The notes under the pieces are model-generated. The model was not told the DNA's origin. It did no database searches and saw only the letters and a list, made by a program, of their open reading frames with translations. Positions 27,957 through 36,683 of a stretch of DNA of 64,000 nt are shown piece after piece. Made by a program: the position numbers and the translations under genes. How positions within the stretch are numbered: the stretch's first letter is position 1; the number at the start of each line of letters is the position of its first letter. The stretch is from an uncultured Hyphomonas sp. (GTDB taxonomy: Bacteria; Pseudomonadota; Alphaproteobacteria; Caulobacterales; Hyphomonadaceae), in NCBI GenBank assembly GCA_963678195.1, contig OY782759.1, forward strand, positions 3,353,961-3,417,960. Direction: 5' to 3'.

Positions 27957-28148
27957 ATGTGTGTTCCGGTCGATGACCCTGCCCTGCTGTGCTGGCTGCA
28001 AACGCAACTGCGCGTGATCAAAGCCTGGCAGGATGAGCTGGCCAGCCGCCCCGATGCCGACCTCCGTCAGGTCGAACGGCTCGCCCGGCACCATGACTGG
28101 CTGACCGAGGAACTCGCCCGGCTGCCCGCCTACCGGCAGGCCGCCTGA
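27957..28148 (+). CDS. 63-aa hypothetical helical protein
   Basis: AAGGA upstream of ATG 27957; host-like codon usage. Confidence 0.6.
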   Translation: MCVPVDDPALLCWLQTQLRVIKAWQDELASRPDADLRQVERLARHHDWLTEELARLPAYRQAA

Positions 28149-28310
28149 ACTTCCCCCCGGCGCAGCGCGGGCGGAACGTCGTTTCCTCCCACCCTCGCGA
28201 CCCGTTCGCGCTGCGCCACCCTCTCATGTCTCCACTGGCGAAGCCCTCCGGTTTGCCCTATGTGACGGGTCAATTCAGGAACCCCGCAGAGTATTGGAGG
28301 CCCAGCTATC

Positions 28311-29525
28311 ATGGACCGCGTTCTCATCATCGGTGCCGGCGCTGCCGGTTCGGTCGTCGCCCAGAAATGCGCGATGGACCGCGACACGTTCAAGCACATC
28401 ACGCTCGCCTCCCGCCGCATCGAAAGTTGCGAGAAAGTGGCGAAGCTCTGCAAGACACCGATCGAGATCGCCCAGGTCGATGCCGACAATGTGCCGGAAG
28501 TCGTCGCCCTCATCGAAAAGGTGAAGCCGGACCTGCTGATCAACATGGCCCTGCCCTATCAGGACCTGCCGATCATGGATGCCTGCCTCGAAACGGGCTG
28601 CAATTATATGGACACCGCGAACTATGAGCCGCGCGACGTGGCGAAGTTCGAATATCACTGGCAGTGGGCCTATCATGACCGCTTCAGGGAGAAGGGCATC
28701 ACCGCCATTCTCGGCTGCGGCTTCGACCCCGGCGTAACGAACGTCTATTGCGCCTATGCGCAGGAGCATCTGTTCGACGAAATCGAATATATCGACATTG
28801 TCGACTGCAATGCCGGCGACCATGGCAAGACGTTCGCGACGAACTTCAATCCGGAGATCAACCTCCGCGAAGTCACGCAGGACGGCAAATACTGGAAGAA
28901 TGGCGAATGGATCGAGATCCCCGCCCTCTCCATCAATTGCGATATCGACTATCCGGAAGTCGGCCCGAAGGATTCCTACCTCATCTATCACGAGGAAGAA
29001 GAAAGCCTTGTGAAGAACATCAAGGGCCTGAAACAGATCCGTTTCTGGATGACGTTCGGGTCCGAATACATCAAGCATTTGCAGGTGTTCAAATCCATCG
29101 GACTTATCGGTTTGGAACCAATCAAGCACAAGGGCATGGACATCATCCCGATGGAGTTCCTGAAAGACCTGCTGCCGCCGCCCTCCTCCCTGGCCGAGAA
29201 CTATACCGGCAAGACCAGTATTGGTGTGATTGTCCGTGGCAAGAAGGATGGCCAGCCACTGACCAAGATGATCTACAACGTCTCCGACCATGCCGAGACG
29301 AACAAGGAAGTCTCCGCGCAGGCCGTCTCCTATACGACGGGCGTGCCGCCGGTCTCCGGCGCGGCCATGTTCTTCCGCGGCGAATGGGCCGGCAAGGGCG
29401 TGTTCAATGTCGAGCAGTTCCCGGCCAAGCCCTTCCTCGAAGACGTCGCCCAGCGCGGCCTGCCCTGGCATGTCATTGACGTGAAGCCCGGCGACCAGGA
29501 CGAACTCTTCGCGGTGGAAACCTGA
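28311..29525 (+). CDS. carboxy(nor)spermidine dehydrogenase (saccharopine dehydrogenase family)
   Basis: IIGAGAAG, LPYQDL, YMDTANYE, GFDPGVTN, FATNFNPEINLRE; clustered with nspC. Confidence 0.92.
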   Translation: MDRVLIIGAGAAGSVVAQKCAMDRDTFKHITLASRRIESCEKVAKLCKTPIEIAQVDADNVPEVVALIEKVKPDLLINMALPYQDLPIMDACLETGCNYMDTANYEPRDVAKFEYHWQWAYHDRFREKGITAILGCGFDPGVTNVYCAYAQEHLFDEIEYIDIVDCNAGDHGKTFATNFNPEINLREVTQDGKYWKNGEWIEIPALSINCDIDYPEVGPKDSYLIYHEEEESLVKNIKGLKQIRFWMTFGSEYIKHLQVFKSIGLIGLEPIKHKGMDIIPMEFLKDLLPPPSSLAENYTGKTSIGVIVRGKKDGQPLTKMIYNVSDHAETNKEVSAQAVSYTTGVPPVSGAAMFFRGEWAGKGVFNVEQFPAKPFLEDVAQRGLPWHVIDVKPGDQDELFAVET

Positions 29526-29529
29526 CAAT

Positions 29530-30189
29530 ATGCGCCGCGCGACCGTCTCGCTTCTCGCTGCATTGACCTTCGCTGCGTGCAGCCAGGAAGCCGCTGCGCC
29601 GCAAGGGCCGCTCGTCTTCGAGAAAGCCGTCGACTATACCGCCTTCCAGCCGATTGAGGGCTGCACGGGTGAGCGGGCAAAGCCGACCTACTTCAAATGC
29701 CTCGATGCGCGCGAGCTCTACGATGCGGCCGTCACGCAGGCTGCGGAACAAGATCGCCCCCTGATGATCGTCTGGGGCTTTGACGAATGCCCCTCCTGCA
29801 TGAAGCTGGAAAAGACCGAACTCTCCGGCCGGAAGGCTTGGACTGTTGACCGTTTCCTGAAGGATGCGCTGACGCCGGCCCAGCGTGACGCCGCCCTCGC
29901 CAGTCAGGACGATTACCGCATCCTGACCCTGAAGATCGACGTCCGCCGCCCGAGTGGCGCGGCGCTCGCCGAAGAGATTGGCGTGACCGACATCGCTCAA
30001 TCACGTGGGTATGATCGCATAAGGACGCCCTTCATCACCCTCACCAATGCGGACACCGGCGCTCTGGTCTCACAAGCAGAACTGGGCGAAGGCTTGCGCC
30101 CCTGCACCCGTGAAGATGAATTCGTTCTCAACCTCGTCGAGGCCGGTTTCCTGCCGGACGATCCCTCACGCGACCGCCGAATGTGCTAG
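29530..30189 (+). CDS. thioredoxin-fold lipoprotein
   Basis: LTFAAC lipobox; LMIVWGFDECPSC (CxxC). Confidence 0.75.
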   Translation: MRRATVSLLAALTFAACSQEAAAPQGPLVFEKAVDYTAFQPIEGCTGERAKPTYFKCLDARELYDAAVTQAAEQDRPLMIVWGFDECPSCMKLEKTELSGRKAWTVDRFLKDALTPAQRDAALASQDDYRILTLKIDVRRPSGAALAEEIGVTDIAQSRGYDRIRTPFITLTNADTGALVSQAELGEGLRPCTREDEFVLNLVEAGFLPDDPSRDRRMC

Positions 30190-31338
30190 ATGGGACACGC
30201 CATGACATTGCCCGCCGATATCCCCACCCCCGTCTTCGTGCTCGACGTCGCGCGCCTCCGGAAAAATCTGGAAACAGCAAAGCGTGTGCGGGAGGAGGCT
30301 GGCTGCAAGGTGCTGCTCGCCACGAAGGCCTTTGCCATGCCAGCGGCCTTCCCGGTGATGAAGGATTATCTCGACGGCACAACGGCCAGCGGCGAGCATG
30401 AAGCCATTATGGGCAAGGAGTCCTTCGGCAAGGAAGTGCATGTCTACTCCCCGGCCTATACGGAAGATGAAGTCCGCCGCCTGACGAAGATTGCGGAGCA
30501 TATCTATTTCAATTCCGCCGAACAGCTCGCCCGGTTTGGCGATATTGCCCGCGATGCTGGCGCACATGTCGGCCTGCGGGTGAACCCCGGCTATTCCAAC
30601 GCGACCCTCGGCGGCGATCTCTACGACCCCTGCGCGCCGGGCAGCCGGTTTGGCGAAGTCCCGGCGAAGCTGGACGATGTGGACTGGTCGGGTGTCGACA
30701 TTTTCCACGTTCATGCCCTGTGTGAGAGCCTCGCTGACGGCTCAGCTGGCCTCATCCAGCATGTCGCCGACAAGTTCGGGCAGTACATCGAACAGGTCTC
30801 TGCTGTGAATTTCGGCGGCGGGCATTTCCTGAACAAGCCGGGTTATGATGTCGACGTGCTGATCGAAGCGATCAAAGACTTCAAGGCGCGCTTCGGCGTC
30901 GATGTGATCCTGGAGCCGGGCGCTGGCCTCGTCGTGAACACGGGCGAACTTTACGCCACGGTGCTCGCCCTGCACTGGAACGAGCTGGCCCTCGCCATCC
31001 TCGACGCCTCCGCCTCCACCCATATGCCGGACGTTCTGGAAGTCCCCTACCGGCCGGACATTGTCGGTGCAGGCCAACCGGCTGAGAAGCCCTACACCTA
31101 CCGCCTTGGCGGGAAGACCTGCATGACCGGCGATGTGATCGGGGATTACTCCTTCCACAAACCATTGCAGCCGGGCGACCAACTCGTCTTCACAGACCAG
31201 ATGCACTACAGCTTTGTGAAGACGAACACGTTCAACGGCACGCCGCTGGCAAACCTCGCCATCCGCTGGGAAGACGGCCGCGTCGAACAGGTCTCGCATT
31301 TCGGTTACGAGGAATTCCGCAGGCGGCTCGGGCGCTAG
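30190..31338 (+). CDS. nspC: carboxynorspermidine decarboxylase
   Basis: TPVFVLD, LLATKAF (PLP-binding Lys), GLRVNP, HALCE, LEPG, HYSFVKTNTFNG. Confidence 0.93.
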   Translation: MGHAMTLPADIPTPVFVLDVARLRKNLETAKRVREEAGCKVLLATKAFAMPAAFPVMKDYLDGTTASGEHEAIMGKESFGKEVHVYSPAYTEDEVRRLTKIAEHIYFNSAEQLARFGDIARDAGAHVGLRVNPGYSNATLGGDLYDPCAPGSRFGEVPAKLDDVDWSGVDIFHVHALCESLADGSAGLIQHVADKFGQYIEQVSAVNFGGGHFLNKPGYDVDVLIEAIKDFKARFGVDVILEPGAGLVVNTGELYATVLALHWNELALAILDASASTHMPDVLEVPYRPDIVGAGQPAEKPYTYRLGGKTCMTGDVIGDYSFHKPLQPGDQLVFTDQMHYSFVKTNTFNGTPLANLAIRWEDGRVEQVSHFGYEEFRRRLGR

Positions 31339-31438
31339 ACCCTGCCGGATTGCTTAGCGCATCTGTAAAAATCCACCGGATTTCTTTCACGCAATCTTCC
31401 AGTCCTTCTGCCAGACTGCAGGGCTCGGAGGAATGCGC

Positions 31439-31522
31439 ATGGCTGGGCGTATCGCACTCGGATGTCTTGTTCTCTGCCTGCTGGCAATCTGCCTGCTCGC
31501 ACCGGCAGCCGCGACCGGCTAA
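31439..31522 (+). pseudogene. 27-aa signal-peptide-only ORF (gene stub or small membrane peptide)
   Basis: GGAGG 7 nt before ATG; MAGRIALGCLVLCLLAICLLAPAAATG*. Confidence 0.5.
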
Positions 31523-31534
31523 CTGCCCAATCTG

Positions 31535-32371
31535 CTAGCTTCCGAGGCGCGCCATGCGGACGTCCCGGTCGTTCCCAAGTGACGGAATGCGTCCACGGGC
31601 CTTGGCCACCTCATCGAGATCCAGTTCCGCCAGAACGATTCCCGGCTCCGCCCCGCCGGCTTCCGCGATCACCTTGCCCCAGGGCGAGACGATGAGAGAG
31701 TGGCCGAAGGTTTCGCGTCCATCCTCATGCTTGCCGCCCTGCGCCGGGGCGACGACGAAACAGCCCGTCTCGATCGCCCGCGCGCGGACCAGCACATGCC
31801 AGTGCGCTTCCCCCGTCACGCGGGTGAACGCCGCCGGAATGGTGAGGATGTCCGCGCCCGCTTGCGCCAGCTTGCGATAAAGATGCGGGAAGCGGAGATC
31901 GTAACAGATCGTCATGCCGATCTGGCCAAACGGCGCCCTGGCCAGCACAGCCGCCTCACCCGGCCGGTAGGCCCGGCTCTCGCGATAGTTCTGCCCGTCG
32001 CCGACCTCCACATCGAACATGTGGATCTTGTCGTATCGCGCGATCACGCCGCCGTCCGGCCCGATCAGGAAAGACCGGTTGGCGAAGCGCTCCTCGCTCT
32101 CCAGCGTCACAGCCAGTGAGCCGATCAGCAGCGTCACCCCGAGTTCCACCGCCAGCGCCTGGAAGGCATGCAGGGGGATATGATCCTGTTCCACGATCTT
32201 CGGCCGCGCCATGCCGGGGCGGATGTCCAGCAGGTTCGTCATTTCAGGCGTCGCGATAAATTTCGCGCCCTTCCCGGCCGCTTCCCGGATAAGGGCGGAG
32301 GCCGCCGCAATATTCGGGGCGACTTCCACGCCGGAACGCATCTGGACACAGGCAGCAGTGATCTTGGTCAT
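31535..32371 (-). CDS. carbon-nitrogen hydrolase (Nit1/deaminated-glutathione amidase-like)
   Basis: ATPEM, RYDKIHMFDV, ICYDLRFP: E-K-C triad. Confidence 0.93.
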   Translation of the reverse strand: MTKITAACVQMRSGVEVAPNIAAASALIREAAGKGAKFIATPEMTNLLDIRPGMARPKIVEQDHIPLHAFQALAVELGVTLLIGSLAVTLESEERFANRSFLIGPDGGVIARYDKIHMFDVEVGDGQNYRESRAYRPGEAAVLARAPFGQIGMTICYDLRFPHLYRKLAQAGADILTIPAAFTRVTGEAHWHVLVRARAIETGCFVVAPAQGGKHEDGRETFGHSLIVSPWGKVIAEAGGAEPGIVLAELDLDEVAKARGRIPSLGNDRDVRMARLGS

Positions 32372-32415
32372 GCCCTGATCTTAACGCCGCAAATTTCCGG
32401 CGCCAGCACGCATCT

Positions 32416-32922
32416 TCAACCACCCGCGCCGGGCAGCAGATCTTCCAGAAAATAGGCAGACAAGGCATTGCGCCCTGCAAGGCTGCTCTTGCGGTAAACC
32501 GCGCGGGCCTGCTCGCGCACGGTGCGCTCGCTGGTCTCGCGCATATCCGCGATCTCCTGCAGGGAGAGCCCTTTCAACAGCAGCAGGCCAACATCGGATT
32601 CGGCGTCCGTCAGACCCCAGGCCGAAAACTGCCGCGCAATGGCAACGCCCAAGCCCTGCACCAGCTCCCGGTTTTCCTCCTGCCAGCGTCCGGCATCCTG
32701 ACGCGCATCGGCCAGGGCCCGGCGAAGGCGGCCCAGACGCCACAACATGGCGCCGAGCCCAAAAGATGCGGCGACCAGCACGACCAGTTCGGCCGCGAGG
32801 TGCCCCGCCCCGGCGCCTTCGCCGCTGTCGGTGATCAGGTCTGCCCCGATGAACAGGGCAATCGTGCCAAACAGCACGGCAACGCCCAAAAGGCCTCTGC
32901 GTCCGGATACGTCATCTGACAT
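32416..32922 (-). CDS. membrane-anchored LuxR-type HTH regulator
   Basis: Two TM helices, then LTDAESDVGLLLLKGLSLQEIA..R.TSERTVR. Confidence 0.85.
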   Translation of the reverse strand: MSDDVSGRRGLLGVAVLFGTIALFIGADLITDSGEGAGAGHLAAELVVLVAASFGLGAMLWRLGRLRRALADARQDAGRWQEENRELVQGLGVAIARQFSAWGLTDAESDVGLLLLKGLSLQEIADMRETSERTVREQARAVYRKSSLAGRNALSAYFLEDLLPGAGG

Positions 32923-33038
32923 ACGTCCTTCTCGCGCATCCCGCCGCCAAAGGGAATGCGTCATGTGACGGATGGACCGCGCAGCGTCCAGGGCGCCATC
33001 TTCCAGCCAAGCCAGCAGGTAGCGCCGGAGACAATGAC

Positions 33039-33704
33039 ATGAGCCAGATCAAGACCCCCACCCGCCCGGTATGGGACCCCCTAATCCGTATCGGGCACTG
33101 GACTCTCGTGATTGCCTTTTTCACGGCCTACCTGTCTGGCGACGACCTTTTCAGCATCCACAAATGGGCCGGCTATGTCGTGGCGGCCTATGTGCTGGTC
33201 CGAATCGTCTGGGGCATCATCGGCAGCCGCCATGCCCGGTTTACAGATTTCGTGCGCGGACCGGGGGCTGTCTTCGGATATCTGCGCGGTCTGATGACCG
33301 GCAAAGTGAAAGACTATGCCGGCCACAATCCCGCAGGCGGCGCCATGGTCGTCGCCCTCCTGTTCAGCCTTCTGGTCACAACCGGATCCGGCATGGCGCT
33401 CTATGCCGTGGAGGACGATGCCGGCCCGCTCGCCGGGATCGTGACAGAAGAGACCTTTGCCCCGCTCGCCGCAACATTCGGCGAGAATGAAGAGGGTGAA
33501 GAAGAGGAACATGAGCGCCGCGGCGGACATGAAGAATCGGCCTCCGAGGAATTGCTCGAAGGCGTGCACAAGGCGTTCGTCTACATCACGCTCGCGCTCG
33601 TCGGCCTGCACCTCGCCGGCGTGGTCGCCTCAAGCCTCGTCCACAAGGAAAACCTCGCCCGTGCCATGGTCACCGGCCGCAAGAAAGCGCCCGAGGAGTC
33701 CTGA
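33039..33704 (+). CDS. cytochrome b/b6 domain protein (Ni/Fe-hydrogenase cyt b-like)
   Basis: VWDPLIRIGHW, HKWAGY, GHNPAGG, VHKAF...LHLAGV...HKENL. Confidence 0.88.
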   Translation: MSQIKTPTRPVWDPLIRIGHWTLVIAFFTAYLSGDDLFSIHKWAGYVVAAYVLVRIVWGIIGSRHARFTDFVRGPGAVFGYLRGLMTGKVKDYAGHNPAGGAMVVALLFSLLVTTGSGMALYAVEDDAGPLAGIVTEETFAPLAATFGENEEGEEEEHERRGGHEESASEELLEGVHKAFVYITLALVGLHLAGVVASSLVHKENLARAMVTGRKKAPEES

Positions 33705-33707
33705 CCC

Positions 33708-34544
33708 TCACGCCCCCGGCCGGGGCAGGCACATCAGCTGGGACGAACCGCTGACCAGCAAGTGCCCCTCCGTATCCCGGATCTCCCCATCGGTGGCCAT
33801 CAACCCGTTCTCCGCCACTGGCGCGCGCACCCGCATATGAAGCCAGTCGGCATGACTGGTCGGGCGGTGGAAACGGTAGTGATAGTCAATGTTCGGGGCG
33901 ATCCAGGGCGAAGGCCCGTCCGTCGGATGAGCCGGATACTGGGCCAGCCAGCCGAAGGCATCCATCAGGATGATGGCCCGCCCGGCATCGGCGAACGCGT
34001 CCCCGCTGACGGCCAGCGGCGTGAAACGGTAGAACCCTGTCAGCTCCGGGTCGCGGGCGGCGTCTCCCTTATGCGGCGTGCCGCGGATCGGGCGCTGTTC
34101 GAAATGGTGGAAGAACGGGTGCGACGGCTCATCCGGATACTGTTCTTCAAAACTCGGCACACTCTCCGGTGCCGGCAGCTCCTCCTGCGTGTCGTCATGT
34201 TCCAGACCGGGCAGCGTGTCCGGCACAGTCCACACATGGCACAGCAGCAGCGTTTTACCGTCCTGCACCAGTTCTGCCCTCAGCAGCTCGCTGCGCTTGC
34301 CGGCCTTCACAGTCTCCACGCGAACCTCCGCCGGGGCATATTTGCCCATGCGAAGAAAATGGCAGGTCATGCTGGCTGGCCTCGGAAGATCGCTCGCCTC
34401 CCCCGCCGCCCGCAAAGCCAGCGCCGTAATGAATCCGCCCGCCGGGCTCCACAGGCCCCAGCTTTCCGGCAAGTCGACAGACCAGCGTCCCGCCTCCAAC
34501 GGCTTGAGCCGCGTGGCCAGCTCGAAATTGTCGGCGCCTTGCAT
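33708..34544 (-). CDS. TesB-like double hot-dog acyl-CoA thioesterase
   Basis: W..WSPAGGF...ASMTCHFLR; NIDYHYRFH. Confidence 0.8.
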   Translation of the reverse strand: MQGADNFELATRLKPLEAGRWSVDLPESWGLWSPAGGFITALALRAAGEASDLPRPASMTCHFLRMGKYAPAEVRVETVKAGKRSELLRAELVQDGKTLLLCHVWTVPDTLPGLEHDDTQEELPAPESVPSFEEQYPDEPSHPFFHHFEQRPIRGTPHKGDAARDPELTGFYRFTPLAVSGDAFADAGRAIILMDAFGWLAQYPAHPTDGPSPWIAPNIDYHYRFHRPTSHADWLHMRVRAPVAENGLMATDGEIRDTEGHLLVSGSSQLMCLPRPGA

Positions 34545-34657
34545 GAAAATCCCCCTCCTGACGGGTCTGTCTTTCCGGCAGACTTTACCCGCCCGCAGGA
34601 AACACAGAACCCCGAAAGGGGAAATTCAGATCAACTTGTTGGATAGGACGGGACCGG

Positions 34658-35848
34658 TCAGGCCGGCGTCCACTCCGAGATCGCTTCGTCCATCACGCGC
34701 GTCGCTTCGCGGACGTTCTCGTCCGTGATGACCAGCGGCGGGGCGAGGCGGAGGACATTGTTGCCCGCGACACCGACCAGCAGGTTCTTGTCACGGCAGA
34801 CACCCTGCAGGCTTTTCGGATCGGCCTTCATCTTCAGGCCGGTCAGCAGGCCCTTGCCGGTGACGGCTTCGACCTTGTCCGGGTGGCTGTCGGCGATGCT
34901 CTTCAGGCTTTGCGCGACCGTGCTGGAAACGCGGCGCACCTCGGCCAGGAAGTCCTCATCGGAGATGATGTCCCAGACGACATTGCCGACGGCCATGGCC
35001 AGCGGGTTGCCGCCATAGGTGGAGCCATGGCTGCCCGGCTGCATGTGTTCGCCGCAGGCTTCGGTCGTCAGGCAGGCGCCGAACGGGAAACCGCCGCCGA
35101 TACCCTTGGCGGAGCACAGAATGTCCGGCGCAGCACCTTCGGCCCATTCATGGGCGAACAGCTTGCCGGTCCGGCCCATGCCGCACTGGACTTCGTCATA
35201 GATCAGCAGCACGCCATGCTCGTCGCACAGTTCGCGGAAGCGTTTCAGGTCTTCCTCCGGCAGGGCGCGCACGCCGCCCTCGCCCTGCACCGGCTCGATC
35301 AGGACAGCGGCGGCCGTCGGGCGGGCGATGGCTTCTTCAAGGGCGGCCATGTCACCCCATTCAAGATGCACGAAGCCAGGCAGGGCCGGGCCGAAGCCTT
35401 CGAGGTATTTCGGATTGCCGCCGGCATTGATCGCCCCGATGGAGCGGCCATGGAAGGCGCCCGTGAAGGTGATGATGTCGATCCGCTCTTCATGGCCATT
35501 GGCCCACTGATACTTGCGCGCAGACTTGATGGCGCATTCGATCGCCTCAGTGCCGGAGTTGGTGAAGAACACCCGGTCAGCAAACGTGTCGCGGCAGATC
35601 TTGTCGGCCAGCTCTTCCGCTCCGCGCACGCGGAACATGTTCGATGTGTGCCACAGCTTGCCGGCCTGCTCGCGCAGGGCGTCCACCATGGCCGGATGCG
35701 AATGGCCAAGCGCGTTGACCGCGATGCCGGCGATGAAGTCCAGATATCGCGTACCGTCTTCGGTGAAGAGGTAGACGCCCTCCCCTTTTTCGAAGACCTG
35801 TTCCGGCGGCCGGTAGACCGGCATGATATGCTGGCGGGGATCGCTCAT
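34658..35848 (-). CDS. argD: acetylornithine aminotransferase
   Basis: YLDFIAGIAVNALGH, FFTNSGTEA, EPVQGEGG, DEVQCGMGRTG, SAKGIGGGFP. Confidence 0.93.
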   Translation of the reverse strand: MSDPRQHIMPVYRPPEQVFEKGEGVYLFTEDGTRYLDFIAGIAVNALGHSHPAMVDALREQAGKLWHTSNMFRVRGAEELADKICRDTFADRVFFTNSGTEAIECAIKSARKYQWANGHEERIDIITFTGAFHGRSIGAINAGGNPKYLEGFGPALPGFVHLEWGDMAALEEAIARPTAAAVLIEPVQGEGGVRALPEEDLKRFRELCDEHGVLLIYDEVQCGMGRTGKLFAHEWAEGAAPDILCSAKGIGGGFPFGACLTTEACGEHMQPGSHGSTYGGNPLAMAVGNVVWDIISDEDFLAEVRRVSSTVAQSLKSIADSHPDKVEAVTGKGLLTGLKMKADPKSLQGVCRDKNLLVGVAGNNVLRLAPPLVITDENVREATRVMDEAISEWTPA

Positions 35849-35996
35849 CTTTTGCCCTTCCGATGTCGCGAGGATTTCTCTCAGGGCGCCACGCATGACG
35901 GGGGGCTGACCGGAAGTCAACACACCGCAGGCGGGGACATGTGACAGCAGACACGATTCGCGCTTTAGTGCGGGCGAAGTGAATGGGAGTGAGAGG

Positions 35997-36410
35997 ATGA
36001 AACCGCTTGCTGGCCTGGCCGCCGGGCTTGGTCTGGTCGTGCTGCCCGCAGCCGCCCAGGACAGCCCCCAGCGCCTGTCTCCCCCACTCAATGTGGTCCA
36101 GTCCCGCACCGCTTCGCCAGCCGCAGGCGGCTCTGAAATGACCCAGCGTCAATCCATGGTGATCGAGGAAGACGGCACGGTCCGTTTCCTGACGCCGGTC
36201 GAAGCCGCAGAGGTTTTCGTGTCTCCTGACCAGGCCAGCGAATTCAATGTCGAGCTGGATCAGCCGGATGACGCACCGGATTCGCTGAAGATCGAAGTCT
36301 CGGGCGCTGAGATCAGCGAGACGCTCACGCCCGATGGCCAGTCCCGTATCCTGCGGGTCGTCCCGGAGGATGGCAGCCCCAGCTGGCTGATCACGATTAC
36401 AAAAGATTAA
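35997..36410 (+). CDS. secreted hypothetical protein (acidic)
   Basis: Signal peptide ...PAAA|QD; GAGAGG RBS. Confidence 0.65.
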   Translation: MKPLAGLAAGLGLVVLPAAAQDSPQRLSPPLNVVQSRTASPAAGGSEMTQRQSMVIEEDGTVRFLTPVEAAEVFVSPDQASEFNVELDQPDDAPDSLKIEVSGAEISETLTPDGQSRILRVVPEDGSPSWLITITKD

Positions 36411-36430
36411 TCGAAAAACGATAATAGTAC

Positions 36431-36458
36431 TTGACGATAAACGATAAGTGCTTATTGT
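36431..36458 (+). promoter_or_regulatory. sigma70-like promoter
   Basis: TTGACG-N16-TATTGT in an AT-rich patch; no downstream + strand CDS. Confidence 0.55.
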
Positions 36459-36464
36459 TATTCA

Positions 36465-36606
36465 TGAAGCCGGGCGGGACGGATGTGATGTCCAAACGCC
36501 CCCTACCTCACCTGAGCCGTTGCTTCGGACTGCCCGGTTTCCACACCCCTGATTTACTGATTACCCCCTGAACGGAAAGAGGCGCAGACCCTTGGTCTGC
36601 GCCTCC
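36465..36606 (+). ncRNA. candidate trans-acting sRNA (alphaproteobacterial alpha-r7/BjrC1505-like by recollection)
   Basis: Promoter upstream, 5' stem AAGCCGGGC/GCCCGGTTT, C-rich loops, and a 12-bp terminal hairpin GAGGCGCAGACC/GGTCTGCGCCTC. Family assignment not verified. Confidence 0.5.
36579..36605. terminator. perfect 12-bp hairpin, probable bidirectional terminator (hisG on minus strand)
   Basis: GAGGCGCAGACC-CTT-GGTCTGCGCCTC; followed by TTTCC on the minus strand. Confidence 0.65.
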
Positions 36607-36683
36607 CACCGTTTGCAGCGTTTCCTCCCAGAAACTTGCTGGGACATAAGGCCGCGCTTTTGCGGATGTGTCAAGAATGTGTC

